This document shows positions 12,048-23,187 of a stretch of DNA of 64,000 nucleotides, piece by piece (positions within the stretch are counted from its first letter, which is position 1; every line of letters begins with the position of its first letter). The notes beneath the pieces were generated by a model. It was not told the origin of the DNA, did not search any database, and worked only from the letters and a program-made list of their open reading frames with translations. The position numbers and the translations under genes are program-made. This stretch comes from Flectonema sp. DT1601. Lineage: Eukaryota. The stretch spans positions 186,001 to 250,000 of the forward strand of contig OZ025788.1 of the NCBI GenBank assembly GCA_964019425.1, written 5' to 3'.

Positions 12048-14054
12048 TTACGAAGATGGAGTTGGTGACAGTCCCGCAGCAATGCGTTCACGTCTTGTAA
12101 GAAAGACCTTCTGAGACAGATGAGGTGGGTATGGAGGAATAGCTGTGCATGACGGAGATGAGTTAGTCGAAGGCGAGATTTCATAATTTCCTCCACTTCT
12201 CACAAGTGGTGATGAACTCACCGACTCCACAGCCTTTGGAGTTCTGTTGCTGATTTGATGGTCTAAAATGTCTGGTAGCAGAACAGCTTCATCTCTTGGA
12301 GTGCTCTGAGGAGTGCTCTGAGGAGTACTTTGAGGAGTACTTTGAGGAGTACTTTGAACAGCAGAAGGGGGTTCGTGTCTTTCTGACTCCTCAATCTCTG
12401 ATTGCATTTTGTCAATTAGTAAAGCTGCTTGTTTTTCTCGAGTGTTGTCAAGTCCGAGGTGGGCATATTTTGCTTCAAGGTGACCCTTCGCCGCGTAAAA
12501 CTCTCGTTTTATTTCTGCACGCTTGGCTGTGTCAGCTTGGACTGAAGCGCTGCGGAGTTCAGCGAGTTTGACTTCCTGTTCTTGGCGGATATCTTTTAGC
12601 TCTTGATGCCTGCGCTCCATTGACTGGCAGCGTTGTATGTGACTCGCTAGCTCTCGTTCACTTGCTTGTTCCGCTACTAACATGGCTTCTTCATAAAGAA
12701 TACGGTCGTGCTTGATACGATCTTTTTCACGTTCCGCAAACAGAACGTTTACTTCATCTTTACTATTTGCATCAATCTCACACTGCCTTGCAGCAATCCT
12801 TGCCTCTAGTGTCCAGACTCCAGGAGTCGTTGAGTATAAATCTTCTTCAGTTCGATTCCCTCCCGCCAAAGATTCATTTAAATCTGTCCCCGTTACAGTA
12901 CCTAATCCTAGTAAGACGGGATCTTTGAGAGGTGATGGAGCGAGTACTCGTTCGTGTCTAAATTTGTTTAGTTCGCGTTCAAGTTCTGCTCGTTCGGTTT
13001 GAGCTATTTTAAGAGATGTGTCGTGTAGGGTGCTCAATTCTGATTTGATTGTTGTTTCAAATTCTCGTTTGTCCTTTGCAAGTAAAGCCCTCTTCAACTG
13101 CCACTGCAGCTCAATAAAAATATTATTCTCGGACACCTCGATGTCGTGACGGACTCTGACCTCTTCACTCTCTGCGTTATTATCATATTTCTCTAAGGTT
13201 GGTAACACTGATAACATTCTATCAGCTAGTAAAGACAACTGACTACGAAGTTGATCATTATGCTTGTTCTGTGTGTTTATATATAATGTAAAGGTTTCCC
13301 TTCGCTTTCTTTCTTCACCAACCAAGTGCTGAATCTGTTTGTGCAGAGACAGGTTTTGACGTTGTAATTCAGAAATAAGCGACATCAAGTTCGAATCCGT
13401 ACAAGGGTGATTTTTAGGATGAGAAGAAGTTGAAGGAGCTTGATTGATAGGAGTTGCTTCAGATATTACAGGAAGAGGTACACTACTACTCGTAACGGTT
13501 GCAGATGGTTCTTGACTACAAGACTTTGATTTATTGATAAACGGCAGAGTACTACTTCGTTCTGATAATTTAAATATTTTCTTATTACTCACCACCGTTG
13601 ACGTACTTTGAGATCTACACAACTCAGGTAGTAATGTAGAAGTACCACTACTATCAGTCATCTGTGACGCATCAAGCACGTCTTGAATTACATCACTCTC
13701 GCATATATTGTAAGGCGATGCCATCATTCGATTTCGCACATTCGGATTGGCACCAGCGGATACTAAAAGTTTGACCATCGAAACATCATCTTGTTGAACT
13801 GCGTAGTGAAGTGCTGTGTTGCCTTCAATGTCTTGTGAGTGAACATCGACACCCCACGCTAGTAAGTGTCTAACAATTAACTGATGATTGTGTATTACTG
13901 CTTTGTGAATTACTCTTTGTCCCGTTACAGTCTCTTCATCTTCTAAATATTTGCTGTGATATTCAAAGGAATCTCTCCATGCGAGTAACCAACCAGAGTC
14001 TCCATCAGATGCTGCTTTCCTTATGACGGCCGTTATACAGTCAGTGCGGCTCAT
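12048..14054 (-). CDS. Ankyrin-repeat and coiled-coil protein (668 aa)
   Basis: GNTALHYAV...VKLLVSAGANPN ankyrin repeats at the N-terminus, long charged helical region, STPQ repeats. Confidence 0.8.
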   Translation of the reverse strand: MSRTDCITAVIRKAASDGDSGWLLAWRDSFEYHSKYLEDEETVTGQRVIHKAVIHNHQLIVRHLLAWGVDVHSQDIEGNTALHYAVQQDDVSMVKLLVSAGANPNVRNRMMASPYNICESDVIQDVLDASQMTDSSGTSTLLPELCRSQSTSTVVSNKKIFKLSERSSTLPFINKSKSCSQEPSATVTSSSVPLPVISEATPINQAPSTSSHPKNHPCTDSNLMSLISELQRQNLSLHKQIQHLVGEERKRRETFTLYINTQNKHNDQLRSQLSLLADRMLSVLPTLEKYDNNAESEEVRVRHDIEVSENNIFIELQWQLKRALLAKDKREFETTIKSELSTLHDTSLKIAQTERAELERELNKFRHERVLAPSPLKDPVLLGLGTVTGTDLNESLAGGNRTEEDLYSTTPGVWTLEARIAARQCEIDANSKDEVNVLFAEREKDRIKHDRILYEEAMLVAEQASERELASHIQRCQSMERRHQELKDIRQEQEVKLAELRSASVQADTAKRAEIKREFYAAKGHLEAKYAHLGLDNTREKQAALLIDKMQSEIEESERHEPPSAVQSTPQSTPQSTPQSTPQSTPRDEAVLLPDILDHQISNRTPKAVESVSSSPLVRSGGNYEISPSTNSSPSCTAIPPYPPHLSQKVFLTRRERIAAGLSPTPSS
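12298..12357. repeat. 12-bp tandem repeat (~5 copies) encoding QSTP
   Basis: gaggagtgctct / gaggagtacttt units. Confidence 0.9.
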
Positions 14055-14890
14055 GTGTAACTGTAATGGTAAAGTAATAAGAATTATTAAAGCTCATCGC
14101 TATCTTTTGCTAATGGGATACGCTGTTTTGATGAATAAGGTTTTACACAACGACTGTTAATTGCCCACCGCAGTTTATGCGACGAAAAAATATAAATAAG
14201 AAATCTAAAAAAGCTAATCTTCCACAGAAAGACAGCAACCCGAGGAAATATCGGGTGTTTTTAACAAAAAAAAGTACACCAGAGATTGGGAAATATTAAT
14301 GAAAAGAGGAGGAGAATCTAAATATTTTTTTTTTCTTTTCTTTTTTTTTTTTTCCCCTTCCCGAGCTAAGTTGTTTCTTTGCTTCTATTCTTCTTTTTTT
14401 TTTTTTCTTCTTGTAATTTTCATTTTCTTTATTCGTATTTTTTGTCCTGTTCTAAACATCGAAAAAAAAAGAAATTCAGCATTTCTTCTTGTTCATAACA
14501 TTACTGCGTTTTCTCGCAGTTTAAACAACTACAACGGCAGAAGGGGAAAAAAAAAGGTTTTTAACAACGGGTTGAGGAGGGAAGGGGAATGAAGACGGCA
14601 GAAGCCCAAGTCACCTTTAGAACAAAAACGCAAAAACAAATATAAAGACTGGGCCCCGAAAAGGAAAAGAAAAAAAACAGGCAAAATATTGCCCTCTATG
14701 ACAACCGATGAAGAAGAAATGTTTTGATTTACGAATACCAGTAAACCTTTTTATGACAACAACAAAAAGAGAAGGGGGGGAATAAAAAATAGAAACAAGG
14801 GGAAATAATCAGCTCAAAGGAACCGCGGACATCGTAAGAAGTCGAACTCATTAAAGGCGAATCGAATAGTTCAGAATCTATCTGAAATAA

Positions 14891-16108
14891 TTATAACGAA
14901 GGAAGTGCTGGTAACGATGTCGGTGAGAGATCGCCTCGTCTTCTTCTGATTGTCGGAGGTGTTTGAGTCGGACTTGGAGACGGAGAACACAATGACGTCG
15001 CTGCTCGTTTGTGCATGGCAGCAGCGATCGAATGTGGTAAGTTAGGAAGTTCCTTCTTTTGAAAGCGTTTCGGACAAGTTCTCAAAAAAGTAATCGCACA
15101 GTCTTTTAAACTCATTGGGTCTAAGTTGATCTCAACATAACTGTTGACGTAACCATTTCCTGTAACACATCCACCAAATGTCATAATAGTATTGCGCCAC
15201 ATTACTGTTGTTGGACGTGTTCGTCCTCCAAATTTAATTTTATGAGAAATAGGTTTCCACTCCAAAGTCTCCAAATCAAGTTGATGAGAGTCTTCTAAAT
15301 AAGAATAAGCACCACCACAGAAGACAGCCATCACATTGTTTGCAATAACACTTGCTGAACACATTCTATTCCCTGGTGGAGTACCAGTCACTGGGAGAAG
15401 TCTCGACGACATCGTCACAAGGTTTAGTTCATAAACATCATTCAGAAACCCAGCAGTACCCTCAGCTCTACCACCAAATATGTACATGTTACCCTTCTTA
15501 CCCATCACTCCTGTATGGTATATTCTAGGACAAGGTGAATTGCCTAAGAATGAAGCTTCAACCCATCTTTCAGTGATTAAGTCTAATTCCCATAAGTCAT
15601 TAAACATTAGAGAGTCGTCTTGTCCTCCTCCAAAGACGTACATTGAGTTGTTGTAAACAACTGATGTGTGTCCCTTACGTCTGTTTGGTAAGTTGGCAGA
15701 ACTCCCTGGATGGATGTTCATCCAAGTAAGTGTTTTTAAGTCGAGATACCACGTATCATTTAACCAACAGTTGTGGACTCCTCCACGGGCTTCAACACCT
15801 CCGAAGATGTACATTTTGTCATCGTGTACAACAGCTGTGTGTCCAGCACGAGGGCTGGGTCCGATATTCAGGGGGTGGATTCGTTCCCATGTCTTGTTCA
15901 TAAAGTGATAGTTCCAAAGGTCTCCATGACAGCCGTCATCACGACCACCAAATAAAACCATTTTATCTCCATACAGTACTGCCGTATGACCAAACCTTGG
16001 ACATGGTGCTCCCGATAGCTCCTTTGTCTCATACCCTCCAATGTGCTGATTGAAAAGCATTTCTGCTTCCTCCCGATCTCTGACGGGGCTTACCAATGAC
16101 ATGTTCAT
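14891..16108 (-). CDS. Kelch-repeat beta-propeller protein, KLHDC3-like, with putative BC-box/cullin box
   Basis: Six Kelch repeats (PRFGHTAV...LFGG, PRAGHTAV...IFGG and others) followed by PMSLKDCAITFL...LPNLPHSI. Confidence 0.8.
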   Translation of the reverse strand: MNMSLVSPVRDREEAEMLFNQHIGGYETKELSGAPCPRFGHTAVLYGDKMVLFGGRDDGCHGDLWNYHFMNKTWERIHPLNIGPSPRAGHTAVVHDDKMYIFGGVEARGGVHNCWLNDTWYLDLKTLTWMNIHPGSSANLPNRRKGHTSVVYNNSMYVFGGGQDDSLMFNDLWELDLITERWVEASFLGNSPCPRIYHTGVMGKKGNMYIFGGRAEGTAGFLNDVYELNLVTMSSRLLPVTGTPPGNRMCSASVIANNVMAVFCGGAYSYLEDSHQLDLETLEWKPISHKIKFGGRTRPTTVMWRNTIMTFGGCVTGNGYVNSYVEINLDPMSLKDCAITFLRTCPKRFQKKELPNLPHSIAAAMHKRAATSLCSPSPSPTQTPPTIRRRRGDLSPTSLPALPSL

Positions 16109-16261
16109 CTAAACTGACTGTAAATGAATTAAAGAATATTTTAATAACATAATTATCAACTATCTATTTCTACTAAGACCCTTGTTAATATAAGGGATCG
16201 ATGAACTGAATCAGATGCCGTGTAACTAAGTAGTCTATTCTGGTTTTAGTTGAAGAATGCA

Positions 16262-16581
16262 TCAAAGCTCATTAACGAAAACCTTTTTCACTCCATTCGC
16301 ACCAAAGTATGAAGTTGTAATCAGATTTGGATAACTATCTCCGCAGCTACCTGATTTCATCCCGTGGCGTTTTAGACTTTTCGCAGAATTCCTACTCGTC
16401 AACTTTTGAACACAAGTATTGCCGTCACTCTTAATGCGGTGATAGGAAGTTAGTTCTTCCAACTGCTTGTTGTTTTTTTTATTCTTATCGGTGATGGAAT
16501 CGAATGGGTCAGAAAAAAAAAACGTACCTCGAGATTTCCTTCAGTCGGCATCGCGGGTAATCCGCTGTTTATAGCCTGCAT
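16262..16581 (-). CDS. Small spliced ORF (84 aa), a separate gene or 5' exons of the Kelch gene
   Basis: ATG 16581, exon 16581-16528, intron 16463-16527 (GTACGT...AAGCAG, U-rich then A-rich like the other introns), exon 16462-16262 in frame. Confidence 0.4.
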
Positions 16582-17611
16582 GTCTACGTGTAAGATCTAT
16601 GATGGTGGTAGAATAGTATAATATAAAAACAACGTGAATCTCATTTCAAAACCTTTCCAGTCTTTTTTTTTTTTTTTTTTTTTCCCAAAGAAATTAGTTG
16701 CCTAAACCAATTGTCTGTTTTTATTTACTGTTGCCTTGTCTGTAATCTTCTCTTTTTGATTTTGTTTTGTTTTGTATTGTTTTGTATTGTATTGTTTTTC
16801 TTTTTGTTTTTTTTTTTTTTTTTGAAAAAAAAAATTTCCTGAGACACTCACGAAGAAAAAGAATCATCGCCGATCGTAGCTGCTACAACATCGCAGAGAG
16901 GAAGGAACTTCTTTTCCTAAACAACACTAATGAAATACGTAAAGACAAGCAGCTTCTTCTCTTTGGTTATTGTTAGTTTCCCCTTTTTCTTTATATTAAA
17001 ATGGTACAGTGTAGAAAGAGTCAAGAGCATAAGAAAGAAAGGAAATTAGAGGAAAGAAAATAAGTGATGCTCTAATGCAGATCAGCTCGCAGTAAAAAAA
17101 TACAATTCTGTCGGGATTTTATGTTCCCAGAAAACACTTTTTTTTTTTTTTTTTTTTTTTTTTGTATGGATCGTCGGGTTCCCTCCCACTTTCACACTTC
17201 GTTACTGAGGAATTATTCCAAAAAAAACAAAAAAAAAAAAAGAGAAGATCAGTGCGGAGGTTACTTTTTTTTTTTTTTTCATTTTGTACTAACAATTTGA
17301 TATGATTTGTGTACACACAGTCTTCAAACAAATATCGTAACTACTACAGCTTGCTTTCTCGTCACCTTCTGGTAGAGAACATGCTCTTTACTTGCCTCCT
17401 GCGAAGGCTGCCCAACTGAGGTTTCTTCCATCACCACCTTTTTGGTTTTTTTAGATTTATTGAGTACTTTATTATAATAACGATTGAATTAAACAACAAA
17501 GAAATGATATAAGTGAGAAAAAGGAGGAGTCGATCTTTAAAAATGTAATAAAATAAAATGAAACAAGAGAATCAGGTTCCCTGATGAATAATTTCATTTG
17601 GGGTGTATGTT

Positions 17612-20600
17612 TTAAAATCGGCTGCGATGAATTTGTGCTCCGCATTTGTCCTTCCCTTCATACGGTCGCTTCTGCATCCAACGATCTTGTGGTTGCGAGT
17701 GTCGTGATGTCGGCACTATTGGAAACTGGGCTGTTTAATTACAAAATACAGAAAAGGACCCAAGTGCGTATTCAAAAAGGAAAGGGACTTAGAGAGCTTT
17801 GTTTCGCAAGTTAAGGAAGGGGCGATAAATTGCAATAAAAGAAGGTACTGGTTAAGTATGAAAAAGAGTAGTCGGTAGACATACCACGTGAGCCGCCACT
17901 GTTGCCGCCGAAGCCTTTGTTGCCTTTTCCCTTGCCGCCGCCTCCACTATTATTACCGTAATTTCCTCCTCCTCCACCACCACCACCACCACCTCCAAAA
18001 TTACCCTGGTTGCCGTATCCTCCACCCGAGTTGTTGTTGTAACGATCACCACCACCCCACCCTCCCTTCTTTCCCTTCTTACCTGCTTTGATCTGCTGTT
18101 GCTTTTCCCAAGCATCCTGTCGCTTTTCTCGTTGCTCATTGTAGTAAGAGTCGAGGAATTGTTTTGGGTATTGATGTCTTGGTTTAGGGTCCTGTTGTTG
18201 TAATATTTATAGGGTGACTTATCAAGGGAGTAAATGTAATTAATACTAAGGTACGAATACTTTAACCTTTGAGTGTCCGTAACAATAAGAAAAAAGACAA
18301 ACCTTATGTCCCTCAGGTGAGAAAAACATTTGAACAGCATCTCTGCTACGCATGAACCCACGGAACTTGTCTTGGAAGGTTTTGAGATTTGGGATGACAA
18401 CCTCCGACTTCAAAAGTGAGCCGTCAGCAATCTTACTAACCTCTGCTTCGATATGTGCCCTGACCTCTGGGTGGACTAATTGTCTATCGACTTGACCGAA
18501 TGCTGCTATTAGAGCTGTTCCTATTTCAGTTGGGACCATGTACCGACCTTGACCTGGTTCTGGTTCTTTTATTTTTTTATGATCAAGTTGACGACCGAAT
18601 GCTCGACCATAACCGAATGCGTCACCACAGACGATAACATATTTTCGATCACAGATATTCTGAACGTGTTGAGGGATGGAAGCATCCGTACCAACACCAT
18701 TCTTGTCCATCTCAGCAATGAGATTAGACTCTGTTAAGTATGATGGTGGCTTAGTCCAGTCAGCATTTTTATTACAATAGGATATTGATGCGGGTGACCC
18801 TCTTTGAATATTTAATGAAGTCTCAAGAGATGGGTCTCTCAGTAAAGCTGGATCTATGTTCCTCGTCATCCAAGGCATTGCAGATATAAATCCTCTTTCA
18901 GATATCTGATACCTCTTTGTGATGAATGTTTCACCAGCTACAACAAATGAATAAGTTAAAACACTGTACCTACAACTAGTCATCAGTGATCCGAGAAATG
19001 TTTTAAAGACAAGTTCGTATAATTTCCAATCCTGACCAGTCAATTCCCTCCTATCAGCGTACCGTGTTGGTGTGATTGGAGGATGGTCACCAACATCAAG
19101 ACCTGAAGTAGGTACTTGTACCTTTCCTAATTGTTGAACTGTTCTACCCCAGATAGGGTGTCGTGAATGTTCTTGTAGTATACTATTAACATCAAATGAT
19201 AAAGGATATCTTGTACTCTCTGTTCTTGGGTAAGATATATACCCACTAGTGTAAAGCTTCTCAGCAATTTTCATACACTTCTGAGGTGAGATTCCCAACC
19301 CCGAAGAAGCACCTTTCAGAAGCTGAACTGTATTCAACGCAACCGGGCTTCTTAAACTGTGTGAAGATTGCTCTACGTCTGTACACTGAATTCGAGGGTT
19401 TGCAGATGCCTGACGATCAATGCGCTCGACTACTTCTCTGTCAGTTGTGGTTCCCCTTTTCCAAGTTGCGGTGATGCCTAAGTCAAGTTGGAGTGATATT
19501 TCCCAATACTGCTGAGGTTTAAAATTCATAATTTCTTTATGTCTTTCAACACAAAACCACAAACACGGAGACTGACAAGGTCCATAAGAAATAACCTTAA
19601 TACTTGGATCTCCCCACTTTTCTTGAGCAAGATGACGCACACTTCTACAAAGGAATCGAGTGAAGGCAACACCAATTTTGAGATCAAGTTCTTGACGAGC
19701 ATCTACCGCCAGTGATAAGTTTACATCAGGTCTCACTAAGTTATTAAATGCGCTATTCAATTCAATATTAGTAATGGCACTAAACCTAGCTCTGTAGATA
19801 CTGCTATCGTCAGGGAATTGTTCTCTTGTAACACTTATGACTTCGTAACCAATATTTTCACCCTCTCTGTCACAATCTAACCATAATACGAGGTTGTCAC
19901 AGCCTTCAGATTCGTTTTGGAGGTGGTCGACGACTTTGACTTTGGAGCTGGTTTCTTCTAACTTTTTAACTGTTTTGTGATCAAATAAATCAATCTCATC
20001 GATACGCCTGCGAGGTCTGTCATCAGGTTGTTGATCACCTCGAGTACTTCCTTCAAAGTCTAATCCGAAAATGTGACCGACAACAGACGTTACTCTAAAA
20101 GTACAGTGTTGACCTGTTGGAGGGAATACCGAAGTAAACTCATGAACCATCAATCCTCGTCCAATTCCTTTTCGAGTGCGCATTCGACCACCTGAAAGCT
20201 CATTAGCAATAGCTTGGGCTACACTTGGTTTTTCAGCCACCATCAGAACCTTTGGTCCACCTTGACCACCGTATGACCTGCTATGATTAGCAAGAGGATA
20301 CAATGACATAAGTTCATAGTACATCTTTCTATTGTAATTAAGTTGTCTTTTTACGAAATGGTTTGGTTCGGTTCCATTCGCTTTGCGAGTTCCATCTGGT
20401 AGTGGGTTGGTGAGAACCTGATGAGTGACATTCATTTCATCAAGTTTTGATAAGAATTCACTCGAAACACTCGGATCTTCTTTACGTTGATCTCTAAGTA
20501 ATTCAGTAATGTGTTGATAACCTCGACACATGTTAACGAGAGCGTTTTGATCTTTTAATAAACCACGAGCACGAGTGCGAGTAGCCTGAGTAAAGCCACG

Positions 20601-21306
20601 ACTGTGATCAGGGTTAGGTAGAACTTGTCTAATGGTACTTTCCATATCTGAGTAAGCAATTGGTTCAATGTATTGATTAACAGGAGGGAGTACTGTAACA
20701 GGGTCTCCTTTTGGTGGTGGTGAGTTGCTTTGTTGATTCTGTTGGTAGTCACCCTTTCCAAAGCCACCACCACTTCCTTTTCCCCCCTTCCAACCACCTC
20801 CCTGCTGATGCGCTTGAAAACCACCGCCTTTACCTTTCCCTCCGCTTCCCTTATCCCCACCCTGCATTGGTCTTGGTCCCGAAGGCAACGGTGGTTGCGA
20901 TGCCGGAGGATGAGTCAATGGAGGAGCGTTGTTATTATTATTACCTCCCGTCGTTGGAGGAGGAGTAAAAGTATTAGGGCTGCCAGCGTGTGCTCCAAAA
21001 CCTTGGCGATCGCCACCCTTTCGCTGCTGGGCAGCTGGTGGAGGTGGAGTTGACTGTGTTTTAGCACCCCCAAAGAAAGAAATGATATTCCGTTCAGGCT
21101 CTCGAGGAGGTTCTGGTTGACTGTGTCGCGAATGTTGTTGTTGCTGCTGCTGAGGTTGCTGCCGTTGTTGTTGTTGGTGTTGTTGTTGTTGTTGTTGTTG
21201 TTGTTGCTGTTGTCTTTGCGCAGGCTGCTGTTGTTGCGGTAGCTGTTGCTGTTGTTGCTGCTGTTGTTGTTGTTGTTGTTGTTGCTGCTGTTGCTGTTGT
21301 TGTTGT

Positions 21307-21369
<63 letters not shown>

Positions 21370-21656
21370 TGTTGGAGTTGTTGTTGTTGTTGCTGCAGTT
21401 GCTGAAGCTGTTGGAGTTGCTGTTGATATTGCGCAGGCTGCATCTGTTGTTGTCCCGCAAAACCCTTTCCACCCTGCGACTGCTGTGCCTGTTGCTGTTG
21501 GTAAACAGCTGCTGGCACCTGCACAACCTGCTGCTGTTGCTGTTGTGGCATCACACCCGGCTGTTGAATAATCTGCTGCGGCAACTGCAGTCCTACTTGG
21601 CCAAGACCTAGCCCACTACCCTGCAGCTGCATGAAGGGTAAATTCCCACCAAACAT
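17612..21656 (-). CDS. TOP3B: DNA/RNA topoisomerase III beta with polyQ N-terminal extension and Gly/Lys-rich tail (~1259 aa)
   Basis: Toprim VLMVAEKPS, TSVVGH, LWLDCDREGENI, RQELDLKIG, SYGPCQSP, catalytic GYISYPRTES, DHPPITP, GVGTDAS. Exons 21656-18303, 18191-17885, and tentative last exon 17730-17612. Confidence 0.9.
21133..21430. repeat. CAA/CAG trinucleotide tract encoding polyglutamine
   Basis: Mixed tgt/tgc triplets on the + strand; long uninterrupted Q run in TOP3B. Confidence 0.95.
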
Positions 21657-22188
21657 TGTGTGTGGGGGAAACTAAGAAAGAAAATTAACACCACCGAACA
21701 AAATGACACTATCACTTCTGGCAAGCACGGAGTGCAAAGAGGGATCATATCGGGTACATTGGACGAAGCAATAAAAGTTTTTTTTTTTTTTTTTTTTTGT
21801 GTTCTTTTTTTATTTTGTTCCCTCCCGCGAGCAAGAGAGGTGCTTAAAATCAGGGGGAAGAGAAAATCAAGACTGAGCTTACGGCAAACAGATGTGGTTG
21901 GTATTGTTTATTATTTTTCGTGTTGCACAATAGTAGCGGACGATGTTAACTGCAGGGAAATCTTTTACATTGTTTTGTTTAACAAGATTGAAACAAAAAA
22001 AACACTCCCTTTTCATTTTAATATTTTTTGTTGTTATTTTTTTTGTAAAGGTAGCGCTACCAAGCTGAACATTCAAATCACGTAGGCAATTATTCTTTTT
22101 TTGTTGTTTTTTTTAATTTTTTTCTTTACTCTCATTGGTTATTTCTTGTGATAAAGTTCACAACGCAATATCACATTAAATTTCCAAC

Positions 22189-22219
<31 letters not shown>

Positions 22220-22238
22220 GACTTTCCAACCCATACGA

Positions 22239-22991
22239 CTATTGTTTTCGCAGAGCATCAAGCCTGCTACCAAGATCACAAGGGGAAGCTCCAGGTGGTG
22301 GCAGAGTAGGGTCACCGCCCATAGGTGCCGGAGGAGGATATAGTGCAGGGTCGTATGGATTGGAAACTCCAGCAATCGGAGGCGGAGGAGGGAGAACATC
22401 TACACCGCTTGGTTGAACGATTTTCGTTCTTCCAAGAGCACGTAGCACAGTGTCCCAGTCGATTCCGTATTCATTGCAAATATCTTCTAAATAAGCTTCA
22501 CATCGGTTTGGATCGGGAACCGAACATGATAGTTTCTCAATAACTCGTTGGTTGACTCCACGCTCACGGTCTTCATTTGCAATTTCAACGAACTCTTTTC
22601 CGAATTTAATAGCAACCTGTCTTCTGATAGCGATTAATTCATCTAATCCATCAGTACGAGGACAACACCAGACTACAGTTGATAATGCTTCTTTAAGATC
22701 GATTGGACATTGTTTACTTTCTCTTATTAGCATCATACGAGAACTTAGAATCTCACAGCATACTTTTAATAATTCCAATGCCTCAATGTAGTATTCATCT
22801 CTTATAACTTGTTCTACCTTTATACGAGCACTTTCATATTTTTCGTCTCGTAGAGATTCGGCTATTCCTCTTCTTTGAACTTTTATTCCGTTGGTTCGTT
22901 TATCCATTTGGAGTTTCATTCTGGTGATCGCCATTTTTAACGCGGCGTTGGTCTTGCTTGCGTCGAAAGATTCTTTACCCCAACCGAACAT
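22239..22991 (-). CDS. IST1: IST1 / regulator of Vps4 (ESCRT-III associated)
   Basis: ARIKVEQVIRDE, EALELLKVCCEIL, LKEALSTVVW, KFGKEF, C-terminal MIM1-like DLGSRLDALRKQ. Confidence 0.92.
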   Translation of the reverse strand: MFGWGKESFDASKTNAALKMAITRMKLQMDKRTNGIKVQRRGIAESLRDEKYESARIKVEQVIRDEYYIEALELLKVCCEILSSRMMLIRESKQCPIDLKEALSTVVWCCPRTDGLDELIAIRRQVAIKFGKEFVEIANEDRERGVNQRVIEKLSCSVPDPNRCEAYLEDICNEYGIDWDTVLRALGRTKIVQPSGVDVLPPPPPIAGVSNPYDPALYPPPAPMGGDPTLPPPGASPCDLGSRLDALRKQ

Positions 22992-23187
22992 TGTTTTATT
23001 ATTTAGAAGGGAAGAACTGTATAAATTTGAAAATAAATTTGATTACTGCATTAAAGAACTAAAATTGATAATTAAATTACCTTATATTCGTTTTTTTTAG
23101 AAACACAGTTATGGCTTTTTGTTTTATGGATTGGTATGGTGTAAATGAAATCAAAAAAAACCAAATCCTTAAAACAAAATTGTAGTT

